The position numbers and the translations under genes are program-made. From Octopus vulgaris (taxonomy: Eukaryota): 64,000 bases of DNA. The stretch spans positions 109,120,001-109,184,000 of the forward strand of contig OX597818.1 in NCBI GenBank assembly GCA_951406725.2, given 5' to 3'. The notes below the pieces were generated by a model that was not told where the DNA came from, did no database searches, and worked only from the letters and a program-made list of their open reading frames with translations. Position 1 is the first letter of the stretch. Every line of letters begins with the position of its first letter. This document shows, in pieces, positions 25,890 to 37,643 of the stretch.

Positions 25890-26320
25890 TCATCATCATC
25901 ATCATTTAACGTCCGTTTGCCATGCTAGCATGGGTTGGACGGTTCGACCGTGGTCTGGTAATCTGTGTAGGCTGCACCAGGCTCTAGTCTGATTTGGCAG
26001 TGTTTCTACAGCTGGATGCCCTTCCTAACGCCAACCACTCCGAGAGTGTAGAGGGTGTTTTTTAAATGCTACCGGCACAGGGGCCAGAGCAGGCTGGCAA
26101 ACGGCCACAATCGCTTGGTGCTTTTACGTGTCACCGACACAGACGCCAGTCAAGCAGCGCTGGTATCTGCCACGTTCGGACGGTGCTTCTTACGTGGCAC
26201 CGGCACAGGTATCTTAACTACAATTTCCATTTGACTTTTATCTGGCATTGGCACGTTCGAATGGTGCTTCTTACACGGCACCGGCACAGGTATCTTAACT
26301 ACAATTTCCATTGATTTTTT
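25890..26320 (-). mobile_element. Family B with an internal duplication
   Basis: Shared motifs. A ~60-bp block (CACGTTCG...ACAATTTCCATT) occurs twice. Confidence 0.85.
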
Positions 26321-26653
26321 TTTTTCTGGAAATTTAATTCAAAAGTGAAATGAAAATGAATGGAAATGTTTTTTTTTAAATAGTAAATAAATAACAAAGT
26401 AAATTAATAAAATGAGAATATAACTATTTCTTCAAGAAGTATACACCTAACTTTTAAGGAGCAATCACTTATGTACACAGTTGAGAAAAACGAATAACTG
26501 CAAACCTAATTGCTTCTAGTTGCTTCCAAAATGTGAATTTCATTCATTACAGAATTTAGACACCTCAATATGTATTCTAAGCCATTAGCACATTACCTTC
26601 AGATATGTTTTCTGCATTACATGTATGTTTGCCTCTGTGTGTATGCGTGTGTA

Positions 26654-26660
<7 letters not shown>

Positions 26661-26722
<62 letters not shown>
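26661..26722 (+). repeat. (GA)n microsatellite
   Basis: Direct observation. Confidence 0.95.
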
Positions 26723-26728
<6 letters not shown>

Positions 26729-27287
26729 ATGCATGCTCACACACACACACACATTCTTGATAATATTAATGTGTATTTGTGTGAACACACACACATTTTA
26801 TATTTTTCACTGAACAATACAGTAAATCACACCAATGTTAAAAATTTAAATTGTTTCAAACTGAAACCAAGAAATACAACAGTTCTTCAATGAATGAAAC
26901 CATTTAAGCACAGAGTTTAATTTAAGTGGCACTGAAATGGATTCTGTGTACTTAAATATGAACTAAAAGCTTTCGATGGTGCTGAGTTCACCAAAGAATG
27001 AAAGGACATCATCAACAAATCAGAATATTATGAAAACCGACAAGTAAAATTTACACTAGTGACTATCAATAGATACCTGATATAGATTAGAAATAAGGAA
27101 CATCATTATTATAATCAGCAAATCATTTTGTCCATTCGTAAGATAATTTGCCTTTGTTCCGTAAGAGGTTCACTCCAATGGAGTGACACTAAATTTTACA
27201 CTAATGAAATAACTGGTACCAGTGAGATGGGAACTTTGGTAGATTAAGATTAAACATTACCAACATAAAAATGTTATGCTGTTAATA

Positions 27288-27497
27288 CTCTCTTTACTCT
27301 TTTACTTGTTTCAGTCATTTGGCTGCGGCCATGCTGGAGCACCGCCTTTAGTCGAGCAAATCGACCCCGGGACTTATTCTTTGTAAGCCCAGTACTTATT
27401 CTATCGGTCTCTTTTGTCGAACCGCTAAGTGACGGGGACATAAACACACCAGCATCGGTTGTCAAACAATGCAAGGGGGACAAACACAGACACACAA

Positions 27498-27536
<39 letters not shown>

Positions 27537-27700
27537 TATGACGGGCTTCTTTCAGTTTCCGTCTACCAAATCCACTCACTAGGCATTGGTCGGCCCAGGG
27601 CTATAGCAGAAGACACTTGCCCACGATGCCACGCAGTGGGACTGAACCCGGAACCATGTGGTTGGTTAGCAAGCTACTTACCACACAGCCACTCCTGCGC
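27288..27700 (-). mobile_element. SINE family A, young full-length copy
   Basis: Nearly identical to 50920-51340. tRNA-like head GGAGTGGCTGTGTGGTAAG...GGGTTCAGTCCC. Confidence 0.9.
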
Positions 27701-28141
27701 CACTACTGCTGCTGTATTTTTAAAAATTTTACAGCTTTCGGTTCCTATCAAACATAACCTGGTTAATTCTTCAAAAGTGTATATTTGCCCATAAATAAAG
27801 CTGTTTGTTCTCTCAAAATAAAATATCTAACAGTGCTATTAGAAGGCTGCTATTTGACATTCAGTAGAAAATACTCATCTCAACACTATAATGTATCATC
27901 ATCTTTTAAGAGCACAACATAATGACCACAGAATTATTCCAGTCCACTCAGTCTCGTTGTGCTTCCTATTGTTACATAAAATAACAGACTGCTTCTCTTC
28001 TCTAAGGTAACAGCAAATACAGGGTGTTCAAAAAGTCTCTCCGCAGTAAGTATTTTATTGCAAAATAAAATATCTATAAGATGGTATAAAACTGCAAAAG
28101 AATATATCAGACTTTACAAGACTTTAAAAAAAAACTTTATA

Positions 28142-29212
28142 AGGAGTGGCTGTGTGGTAAGTAGCTTGTTTACCAACCACATGGTTCCGGGTTCAGTCCC
28201 ACTGCATAGCACCTTGGGCAAGTGTCTTCTACTATAGCCTCGGGCCGACCAAAGCCTTGTGAGTGGATTTGGTAGACGGAAACTGAAAAGAAGCCCGTCG
28301 TATATATGTATATATATATATATCATCATCGTTTAACGTCCGTTTTCCGCGCTAGCACGGGTTGGACGGTTCGACCGGGGTCTGGGAAGCCAGGGGCCGC
28401 TCCAGGCTCCAGTCTGATCTGGCAGAGTTTCTACGGCTGGATGCCCTTCCTAACGCCAACCACTCCGTGAGTGGAGTGGGTGCTTTTTACGTGCCACCTG
28501 CACAGGGGCCGGGGGGTCCGGCATCGGTCACGATCGGTTCGAGCTTTTTAACATGCCCGCGGCACGGGGGCAACAGGGATCCGGGGTACTTTGAATGGGT
28601 GGGGGTGGGGAAGGTTGGGGGGGGTTTAGGAGGAACGATGGCAGGAAGGGTTGGTGCAGGTTCGTAAAAAATAAAAACGTAGGATAATTACGAGGCGGGG
28701 AGGGGACTGGAAGGAGATAGTCGGATTGAGGCACTGTCAGATTCAAAACAGGAGGAAGCGTAAGATCAGTGGGCGGTTGAAGAGCTGTGACGCTAGTAGC
28801 TTGTCTTTTCACAGTGAAAGCATATGAGGAGAAGGGGTAGGAAGGGGTGGTGGGGGAGGAGGAGGGAGTATCCGGTGTAGATGGTGAGAACAGTGTTCAC
28901 CGGTATTGGTGGTGGGGGTGGGAGGGCGGGCGCACCGCGCATTGTGAGAAGACGAGGTCTTAGGCGGCAGAAAGAAGACAGGATTGAGATGAAATGCTTT
29001 GCGGTGGTGTGAATAAGTTTTTGTGAGTGAAAGTTTTTATGCTTCAGCTAGCATTTGAGACGAAAGACAACGATAACGCTAATATATGGGGATACAATAA
29101 TAATAAGGCTTGCAAAAACAATGAAAAGAGGAAACAGGTCGGGAACTTAGCTGATGTTTTTCATCCTGCGGTATTGGCTAAGCCTGTGGAAGCGAGTGAA
29201 GGTGAGATATAT

Positions 29213-29248
<36 letters not shown>

Positions 29249-29423
29249 CAGAGGGAGAACCGACACCACATAGCGAGAGAGAGAGAGAGAGAGAGAGAGA
29301 CATAGTGACACCGCGCATTGGGAGAAGATGAGGTTTTAGGCGGCAGAAAGAAGACAGGATTGAGATGAAATGCTTTGCGGTGGTGTGAATAAGTTTTTGT
29401 GAGTGAAAGTTTTTATGCTTCAG

Positions 29424-29477
<54 letters not shown>

Positions 29478-29690
29478 GCGTGTGTGTGTTTGTGTGTCTG
29501 TGTTTGTCCCCCTAGCATTGCTTGACAACCGATGCTGGTGTGTTTATGTCCCCGTTACTTAGCAGTTTGGCAAAAGAGACTGATAGAATAAGTACTGGGC
29601 TTACAAAAGAATAAGTCCCAGGGTCGAGTCGCTCGATTAAAGGCAGTGCTCCAGCATGGCCGCAGTCAAATGACTGAAACAATTAAAAGT
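28142..29690 (+). mobile_element. SINE family A, split in its central (TA)n (halves 28142-28300 and 29477-29690)
   Basis: The two halves together reconstitute the copies at 27288 and 50920. Confidence 0.85.
28322..29425 (-). mobile_element. ~1.1-kb element: family B 3' end joined to a long C-rich 5' region with a ~118-bp direct repeat
   Basis: Bounded by (TA)n on both sides. Direct repeat at 28932-29050 and 29309-29426. Confidence 0.65.
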
Positions 29691-30160
29691 GTAAAAGTGA
29701 GATGTTGAAAGAGCTGTCCTTCGTTTTCAATACATAAGTTGGCTCTTCTACACATGTTTTGAAATACATCTTGGAGGAAAAAATCCACTGCGGAAAGACT
29801 TTTTGAACACCCTGCAGCATACATTTCTTGTACTGCTCCTTTTTTTTTCCTTCCCTTTTAAGTGTTTCCAGGTAAAGTTGGTAGTGCGAATCCAATCAAC
29901 TACTTGACCTCTCCACTGCTAATTGTTCACAAAACACTCTCGAAAGGGTCGTCTCAATACTATGATTTGCACTACAACACTAAAGTATGAATAAGCTGCA
30001 TGATTTTCTAGTTCCATATTAATCCTTAAATACAAATATTATCAACTTTGGCCGTGTAAAAGGATCCACATATCACTTCCCTTTTTACAAGAAATTTCAG
30101 TATCTAAAATATAATTAAAATAGAATAATTAATAATATATATATATATAAATAAAATTAC

Positions 30161-30916
30161 CCTTTTTGAGTTGGTCTTCTTAAGATTGTTTCTTGATGAA
30201 TCACTAGCAGAAGCAGATCTAGCGCTGACAGGTGTGCTGTTTAAGTGGGAAAAGCGTACTTTATTCTGCAAAGTCTTCAAAGGCACACTAGCAATTTCCA
30301 TTCCATTCTCAGGTGCTCTGCAATGATCTGAAATTAACTGTGGTGAAGTTTCACGATGTGAAGATTTTCTTTTCCTTGACAGTGGTATACTCTGTAGTGT
30401 GTTTCCTTGTGAACATTCAGTGTTATGTAGCACAGAATTAACTGGCAGGGAGGAGAGATTACAGCATTTTCTGTCAGGTAGTGAAACACTAGTTTCACTT
30501 TGGGAAGAGACAAAGGAATCTGACAGAGCTTTATCTGAGTTGTGACACTGTTTTAATTCCAAAGCAGGTTTACAATCAGAAGACTTTGTGTTGTTTTCTT
30601 GTACAGGTGAAGTAGTTTCATCAAAACTGCTGCAGGTACTCAGAAACACACTGTCACTGAACTCTTCCTGTCTACTGTCAGAAAAAATATTCTCAGACTG
30701 ACTGCTGTTTGGTTGAGAAGCTTGTTTTGCAGGACAGTTGTGGGGGCTTATAATGTCTTTAAGTCGACACACAGGCAGTACTTCATGGAACTTTTGAGTA
30801 GCAGCAGTGATAGAGCAATCTTTGTGAAAACTACAATCATTAACTGGTGAGTTGATGTTGTTCACTTCATCGTTTCCTTCTTGCATGGAGCACTTCATTT
30901 TAGACTTTTGTGCAGA
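30161..30916 (-). CDS. Internal coding exon (252 codons, phase 0/0) of the same unidentified Ser-rich protein
   Basis: Acceptor cctttgtctttctttgcAG|TCTGCA at 30916 and donor AGG|GTAATT at 30161. The 756-bp frame is open in AT-rich DNA. It joins the next exon as ...NSKR|RQSKK... Confidence 0.85.
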
Positions 30917-31493
30917 CTGCAAAGAAAGACAAAGGAAAATGTCAGACAAACTGAAGCAGCTTTTGTACTTTTGAAACAATAAACATCTTCGTTTTATCTT
31001 CTTTTGTATTGCTTTATCAATATTAATTTGGAAAGAAAGTTCTATAAACTTAGTATTCAGTTACATAAAATATTAAGTGTTTCCCTCTTAAACACTTCCC
31101 ATACCAAAAATGCCAGTGAAGATGACAGCAATGGAGCAAATACTACGACTGCTCTTGGTTGTGGGTAAGCTAGGGGAATAAGTTTAATCCATCACTCGCT
31201 TTAATACCATTATCTGGGTTTTGAAGGGGTTTTAACTAAAACCCCTTTGATGCAAGCACTCAGAACAGGTTTTTAGTTTGAAGATAATTCAGAAAATAAG
31301 AGATGTCCTTCCTCTTCACATTCCTCTCTTGAAGGCTCTACAAGATCTCCTAAGTACTGGCCCACCAATCGTCAAAGACATAAAAAAAAATTAAAAAGTA
31401 ACTTAATCCATTCATGACCACATGTCTAACAATTAATTTGAAGATAATACACAACTTGGAAGGTTTTAATAAAGTAACTTTTCCACTGTTTAA

Positions 31494-31722
31494 CCCTTTA
31501 GCATTCAGATTACTTTGAATGTTGTTGTTGATGATGATGATGATGATGCTGTTGATGATGATGATTACTCTGTCAAATGTAATACTAATTTATTTACATA
31601 GTTCTGAATAAATCATGCATCATCTCATAGCTTTGAGATTTGGATGATGAGAATGTTATTTTTAGATGGCATTGCAGGATAGGTGTGAGAGGTTGGATAT
31701 AGACAGTTTAAACGTTAAAGGA
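31494..31722 (+). mobile_element. piggyBac-type MITE
   Basis: TTAA|CCCTTTAGCATTCAGATTAC...TTAAAGGA|TTAA. Confidence 0.7.
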
Positions 31723-32817
31723 TTAAGCTTGTGTTTGAAGCACAACAAAAACTTCTAAGAAAGAATGAAATATTTAATTCAGATATGGGAGGCTTTGCAT
31801 CCTAGAACTAGAATTGTTCTCAGGAAGGTTGGTAAACAAGAGGATTAAACAGGCAATAAACAATTATGATGGTCACGATGAGACCTAATGACAGGAGGAG
31901 GAGGATAAAAGCACTTCAACCATTTAATCACTATAACTTACAATTTCATTTCAAATACACATGTAAATGATTTGCTACAAATTTAAGCCAGTGGATATTC
32001 CAGCTTTTTTCACAAAAGGTAGAGGAAATGACTTAATTGTCAGACTAGGTGCCAGCATATTGGTAAAGGTAAGGAATTTACTGAACACATGTTTTGGTTT
32101 TCTGAGGTGATTTAGGAGACAATTCTTATTGGGGTGGGGTGGGGGATTGGCATATTATGTACTTGGCATTGTTTCCACACGCATAGTTACCTGAGGATAC
32201 AAATGAATAAATAGGAATATCCTTAATTGCTAATAAACATGGTTTTAGTTATCTATGAGAAGGAGCAGTTGTTGTTTGTATACAGGGGTAGAAAGTCACC
32301 CACACAAACATAAATGCACATTCTCTCTTTTTCTCTCTCTCTCTCTCTCTCTCTCTTACCCCCAACTGCGTAAGGATATATATTAATGAGTGGTTACTGG
32401 CTAAAGATCTTTGCTTTGATTTGTATTGCTTTATCTTCTAAAAATAGAGGGGAAATATGAATCGCATCCCATTAATGATTGCTTTCACCTTGTCCCTCCC
32501 ATGAGATATTAAATACCTGACCTCTGATAACATATGATCAATGTTTATTGGCAATATTAGACATGAAACACATGCAGCACACATTTCCGAACGGCTAATA
32601 TATGTGACATGGGCGGACTTTTTGCTTTTACAAAATAACCTTACAGCTATGTAATAACTGAATAATCAACTTCTGTATCCTACAAAATATCAGCAACTAT
32701 TGTTGATATTTTACAAACCAGCTAATATTAGACAACAGCCCAGCTACTATGTGATGACTGCAAACACATATCTATAGAGAAATTATAAATTCACTTCATA
32801 AGCAAAATGAAATTTAA

Positions 32818-33033
32818 CCCTGTAGCATTTAAACTGGCTGTATCTGGCCCGAATATTCTACCTGTTTGGTGTTCAAACTGGCCAGATCTAGCCTTTCACA
32901 CCTACCCTACAATCTCCTTCTAAAGATAAACAATTGCATCATCAAAACCTTAAAATCATAGGATAAAGTATGATTCATTGAAAATGATGTGATTAAGTAT
33001 TACGTTTGATACAATAATCTGAATGCTGCAGGG
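32818..33033 (-). mobile_element. piggyBac-type MITE
   Basis: TTAA|CCCTGTAGCATT...AATGCTGCAGGG|TTAA, with TTAA TSD and CCC/GGG ends. Confidence 0.8.
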
Positions 33034-33054
33034 TTAACAATGGCCTTATTTAAA

Positions 33055-33194
33055 TCTGACCATTGTAAATAGTGTGTGCAATGTAGTCTGACCATTGTAA
33101 ATAGTGTGTGCAATGTGAGGTAGTCTGACCATTGTAAATAGTGTGTGCAATGTGAGGTAGTCTGACCATTGTAAATAGTGTGTGCAATGTGAGG
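33055..33194 (+). repeat. 37-bp minisatellite, ~4 units
   Basis: Unit TCTGACCATTGTAAATAGTGTGTGCAATGTGAGGTAG. The first unit is 5 bp shorter. Confidence 0.95.
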
Positions 33195-33489
33195 CTGCAG
33201 TTTCAATATTAAGAACATATGACGTACAAGTAAAAGATGAATGGTAGAAATAAACTGAAAGGTGTAAATGGCCCTAAGATGAACATAGCATTGTATATGC
33301 TTACTGATAATGCACACACAAACACACACATTCCTATGAAAAGCATACTATGTGTGTGTAAAATGCAGCAAGTTTGGCATTATGTATGAAAAGTTAGCAG
33401 TAAATAAATCTGCAAGATCTGTGTGTTTTTATACATGTAAACCTGTAGACAGTCCTGTGTGTGCAAATGCTTGGAATAGTCAAGTTTCT

Positions 33490-33640
33490 AGGAGTGGTTG
33501 GTGTTAGGAAGGGCATCCAGCTGTAGAAACTTTGCCAGATCAGATTGGAGCCTGGTGCAGCCTTTTGGCTCACCAGTCTTCAGTCAAACCGTCCAACCCA
33601 TGCCAGCATGGAAAGCAGACGTTAAACGACAATGATGACG
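33490..33640 (+). mobile_element. Family B, 3' fragment
   Basis: Shared motifs. Confidence 0.8.
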
Positions 33641-34310
33641 AATGTTAACATATTTGATGCAATGAGGAGCAAAAAAACAATCAGAAATAATTCTGTGGTA
33701 AGGAAAAGACAACACTAACTTTCTCAGTCCTTAACATATCAGCTAAATTGTAGTTGGTGCCATTCAGCACTCACCATTTCTGGAACTGTGTAATATGGTC
33801 AAATTAATAAAGACATATACATGTGCTTAGATAATAATAACTTTGGGATCCAAAAATGAACTCGTTACTAATCAAAGGATTTCACAAGTTAATATTAAGA
33901 AGTTGGCATTCTTAAAATTTTCTACTGATGTGATTCTGTTGCAGCAAACATTATGGTTTTAACAATAGCAAGAGACAAAATCATTTCTATCTTTAACATA
34001 AAGCAAAACAGATCACATTTAATTAAAGATGGCACAAATATACTTGATGTAGTAAGATGAGAAATTTTAATTCCTTAAAATTACAGCCATAATGAGGAGA
34101 AAATTTAATAATTTGATGATCAACGCAGGGCAGACAACCTCAGAATTTAACTTAATTAAAGTTGAATACTAAACAGTTGGGGGGGGAGGGGGGAGGTAAA
34201 TATTGGCAGCTCATGCACAACTTTTGTCAGGTTTTAGCCTTATTTAACCTAATTAACAAAGTCTAGGCAAACTACTAGAGGCGAGATTGAATATGATTTG
34301 ATATATATAT

Positions 34311-34478
34311 TCTTTTATCCTTTTACTTGTTTCAATCATTTGACTGCAACCATGCTGGAGCACCACCATTACTTGAGCAAATGAACTGCAGGATTTCTTC
34401 TTTGTAAGCTTAGTACATATTCTATCAGTTTCTTAGCAATGGGGGTGGAGACAAACAGAGACGCACACACACTCACAA

Positions 34479-34530
<52 letters not shown>

Positions 34531-34690
34531 GATGAGCTTCTTTCAGTTTCCGTCTACCAAATCCACTCACAAGGCTTTGGTCGGCCTGAGGCTACATTAG
34601 AAGACACCTCCCCAAGGTGCTACGCAGTGGGACTGAACCCAGAACCATGTGGTTGGGAAGCAAGCTTCTTACCACACAGCCACTCCTGCA
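34311..34690 (-). mobile_element. SINE family A with an internal deletion
   Basis: Head, central (TA)n and tail are present. Confidence 0.85.
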
Positions 34691-34702
34691 CATATCTATC
34701 TA

Positions 34703-34742
<40 letters not shown>

Positions 34743-34744
<2 letters not shown>

Positions 34745-36664
34745 TCCATCCGCAACCAAGTCAGCCCCTCTGAAATCAACTACTGGAGATCTCATCAGGG
34801 ATCAAGGCAAGCAAATGGATAGATGGGTGGAGCACTACCAGGATCTCTACTCACGGGAGACTACAGTGGCTGAGGCTGCAGTCGAGAGTGTCAAGATCTT
34901 GCCAGTCATGTGCGAACTTGACAGCCCGCCATCTATAGCAGAGCTCACCAAGGCTGTTGACTCCCTAGCAAGAAATAAGGCTCCGGGAAAAACGGCATCC
35001 CCTCAGAGATCATCAAAGCCGGCAAAAACACCATCCTGCTTCGGCACCTTCATGAGCTTCTGTGTCAGTGCTGGGAAGAGGGTACAGTCCCTCAGGATAT
35101 GCAGGATGTTAACATCATTACGCTTTACAAAAACAAAGGTGACCATGGTGATTGTAACAATTACCGTGGTATATCCCTTCTAAGCACTGTTGGAAAGACC
35201 TTTGCCCGCGTTATCCTGGCCAGGCTACAACTACTTGCTTCTCAAATCTATCCAGAATCGCAGTGTGGCTTTAGAAGAAGCAGATCAACTATCGATATGA
35301 TATTCTCCATACGCCAACTTCAGAAGTCCAGAGAGCAGAAAATGCCATTATATATGGCCTTCATTGATCTAACAAAGGCTTTTGACTCGGTAAGCAGAAC
35401 AGGCCTCTTCATCCTGCTCCAAAAAATCGGATGTTCACCAAAGCTGCTGAGGATCATCAAGTCTTTCCATGATGACATGCAGGGCACCATACAGCACAAC
35501 GGTTCAACATCAGCCACCTTCCAAATAAAAAACAGGGTAAAGCAAGGTTGTGTCCTCGCTCCTACATTGTTCGGCATCTTCTTCTCACTCTTACTTTCAC
35601 ATGCCTTTCAGACATCAGATGATGGAGTGTTTCTGCACAGTAGAAGTGACGGGAAATTGTTCAATCCCTCGCGCCTGCGTGCCAAGACCAAAATCAGAAA
35701 CGTCCTGATCAAGGAGATGTTATTTGCTGATGATGCCGCTCTGGTAACACACACAGAAGAAGCCCTCCAAAGGCTCATTAACTGTTTTGAGCAAGGATGT
35801 AACGACTTTGGCTTAGCTATCAGCCTTAAGAAGACCAACATCATGGGCCAGGCTACATCGGACATCCCAAACATACATATTGGAGACCACAGATTACAAG
35901 AGGTGGAGAAGTTTACCTATCTGGGCTCTACCGTCACCTACAACCTATCCCTTGATGCTAAGCTCAATATATGCATTGGCAAGGCAGCTGCTGCGATGGC
36001 CCAACTCTCTAAATGGGCTTGGGACAACAATAAGCTGACCAAGACCACGAAAATGAAGATCTACCAGGCATGTATACTCAGCACTCTACTGTATGGAAGT
36101 GAGACCGGGACGCTATACACATGCCAAGAGCGTCGCCTAAACATCTTTCACCTGCGCTGCCTCCGGAAAATCCTCTGCATCAAATGGCAGAATCATATCC
36201 CCAACAAAGATGTCCTCAGGCAAGCAGGAATACCAAGCATGTTTGCACTCCTCACACAAAGACGTATGAGATGGCTTGGGCATGTTAGCCGCATGAAAGA
36301 TGGCAGAATCCCCAAGGACATACTCTACGGAGAGCTTGCTAGGGGTACTAGGTCTGTGGGTAGACCGATCTTACGTTACAAGGATGTTTGCAAAAGGGAC
36401 ATGAAGGCCTGCAACATCAATATTAGCGGTTGGGAGGCAGTTGCCGGCAACCGTGGAGAATGGCGACGTACCGTAAAAGAGGGAATACAAAGGAGTGACA
36501 GAGAGAGAGAGGAGAAATGGAAAGAAAAGAAGAGATGTCAACAAGAGACTATGGCACTACAACCAGCCAGGAACAGTCTTCGCTACATTTGCGGTACCTG
36601 CCAGAGGGAGTGTTTGTTCAGGATAGGACTACACAGCCACAGCAGGAAATGTATCAGGACATGA
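34743..36664 (+). pseudogene. RTE ORF2 (reverse transcriptase), truncated, with one frameshift near 34990
   Basis: Frame 34617 reads ...RNKAPGK and the frame of 35099 continues NGIPSEIIK... from 34991, open to the stop at 36664. Confidence 0.9.
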
Positions 36665-36735
36665 AATATAAAAGCCGGACTAGACTACTTTAAGCGCAAC
36701 TCCATTGTCTCCTGAGACAGAAAGGATGCCAACCA
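34743..36735 (+). mobile_element. 5'-truncated RTE-clade (BovB-like) LINE inserted in (TA)n
   Basis: RT motifs YRGISLL, PESQCGFR, FIDLTKAFDSV, KQGCVLAPTLF, LFADD and FTYLGS. C-terminal CxxC...HxxxC finger and a short 3' UTR. No endonuclease domain is retained. Confidence 0.95.
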
Positions 36736-36758
36736 ATATATATATATATAAAAATATA

Positions 36759-37415
36759 TATAAAAATACAAAATGGGACAAGAATGCAAAACATTCAAAT
36801 AGACGATACAAGAAACAGACGGATCATTCGAAGCCTCTAATCTTCAGTCAAGAACTGGATCATCCTTGCAATTACGGCTGATTAATCTTGATGTCTTTCG
36901 ACTTTAGACAGTTCAACTTAGCAGGCGTATTTGAAAAATAATGCCTTACGGCAGACGAAAAGATTAGTGTTGTCGTGGCGCTGGTCAGAAGCCGAAAGGC
37001 TATAGTTGACCGCCGGCCACATGAGAAGAGAAGAGAGAGAAAAAAGGGGCAAAGGAATTAAAGAGAGGGAGAAGAGAGAGAAAAAGCGGGACAAAGGTAT
37101 TAAGGAGGGAGAGAAGAAAGAGAGCATGCCAAGGATTGGCGGGACAAAAGAAAGGCAGGGTCAGTGAAGTGCAAAGTAAGAGAGGCAGAGAAATGTGAGA
37201 GAGTGGGGAAAGAGGAGACCAAAGAATCAAAGAGGCGAGAAAAGAGAATGACAGAGACAAGTGGAGTACAAAGTGAGAAAGACATAGAAAGTGTGTAGAA
37301 GTCGTACAAAGTTTAGCGGAATGCTTACATACATATAAGAGAACAAGGTGTACGTATGCCGCAATAATATATGAATAAAAATACAAAATGGGAAAAGAAC
37401 GCAAAACATTGAAAT
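36759..37415 (-). mobile_element. Probable PLE-derived remnant with a partial direct terminal repeat
   Basis: 41-bp direct repeat ATAAAAATACAAAATGGGA.AAGAA.GCAAAACATT.AAAT at ~36760 and ~37374. Degenerate CTGAAGA...CGAA motif on the minus strand at ~36828-36848. Confidence 0.45.
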
Positions 37416-37429
37416 CGAATGTAACAGCA

Positions 37430-37643
37430 GACGAAATACGGCTATGCATTTCACCTGGCTTGCTAACGGTTCCGCCAGCTCGCCGCCTTCCTAACCACTG
37501 GGCCATTGCGCCTCCAAAAACTATATTATGGCAGCGGTGGGATACAATATAGTTTTTGGAGGCGCAATGGCCCAGTGGTTAGGAAGGCAGTGAGCTGGCG
37601 GAACCATTAGCACGCTGGGCAAAATGCATAGCCGTATTTTGTC
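37430..37643. repeat. Inverted repeat (98-bp arms, 18-bp spacer) made of fused SINE heads
   Basis: Arms 37430-37527 and 37546-37643. Each arm is AATATAGTTTTT + GGAGGCGCAATGGCCCAGTGGTTAGG + family C head. Confidence 0.85.

Larger units (their letters stand above)
28020..29814. mobile_element. Tc1/mariner-type MITE (~250 bp of its own sequence) split by nested insertions
   Basis: 28-bp TIRs CAGGGTGTTCAAAAAGTCT(C/T)TCCGCAGT at 28020 and, inverted, ending at 29814. TA flanks the left end. Confidence 0.75.

Noticed and set aside
27274-27794. Recurrent similar ORFs (YQIHSQG..., RLPNPLTR..., LDALPNANHS...) across the window
   Set aside because: Chance frames within SINE A and family B repeats, not a gene family.
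28142-28205. tRNA-like sequences (also 5508, 15250-15320, 37558, 56981, 62612)
   Set aside because: SINE heads with A/B-box-like motifs but no complete cloverleaf, continuing into SINE bodies.
30917-30979. N-terminal 21 aa and C-terminal tail of ORF 30104-30979 as a single-exon gene
   Set aside because: These parts are the polypyrimidine tract and intron sequence beyond the splice sites.
33055-33194. CRISPR-like repeat length (37 bp)
   Set aside because: Units are contiguous with no spacers, there are no cas genes, and the context is eukaryotic.
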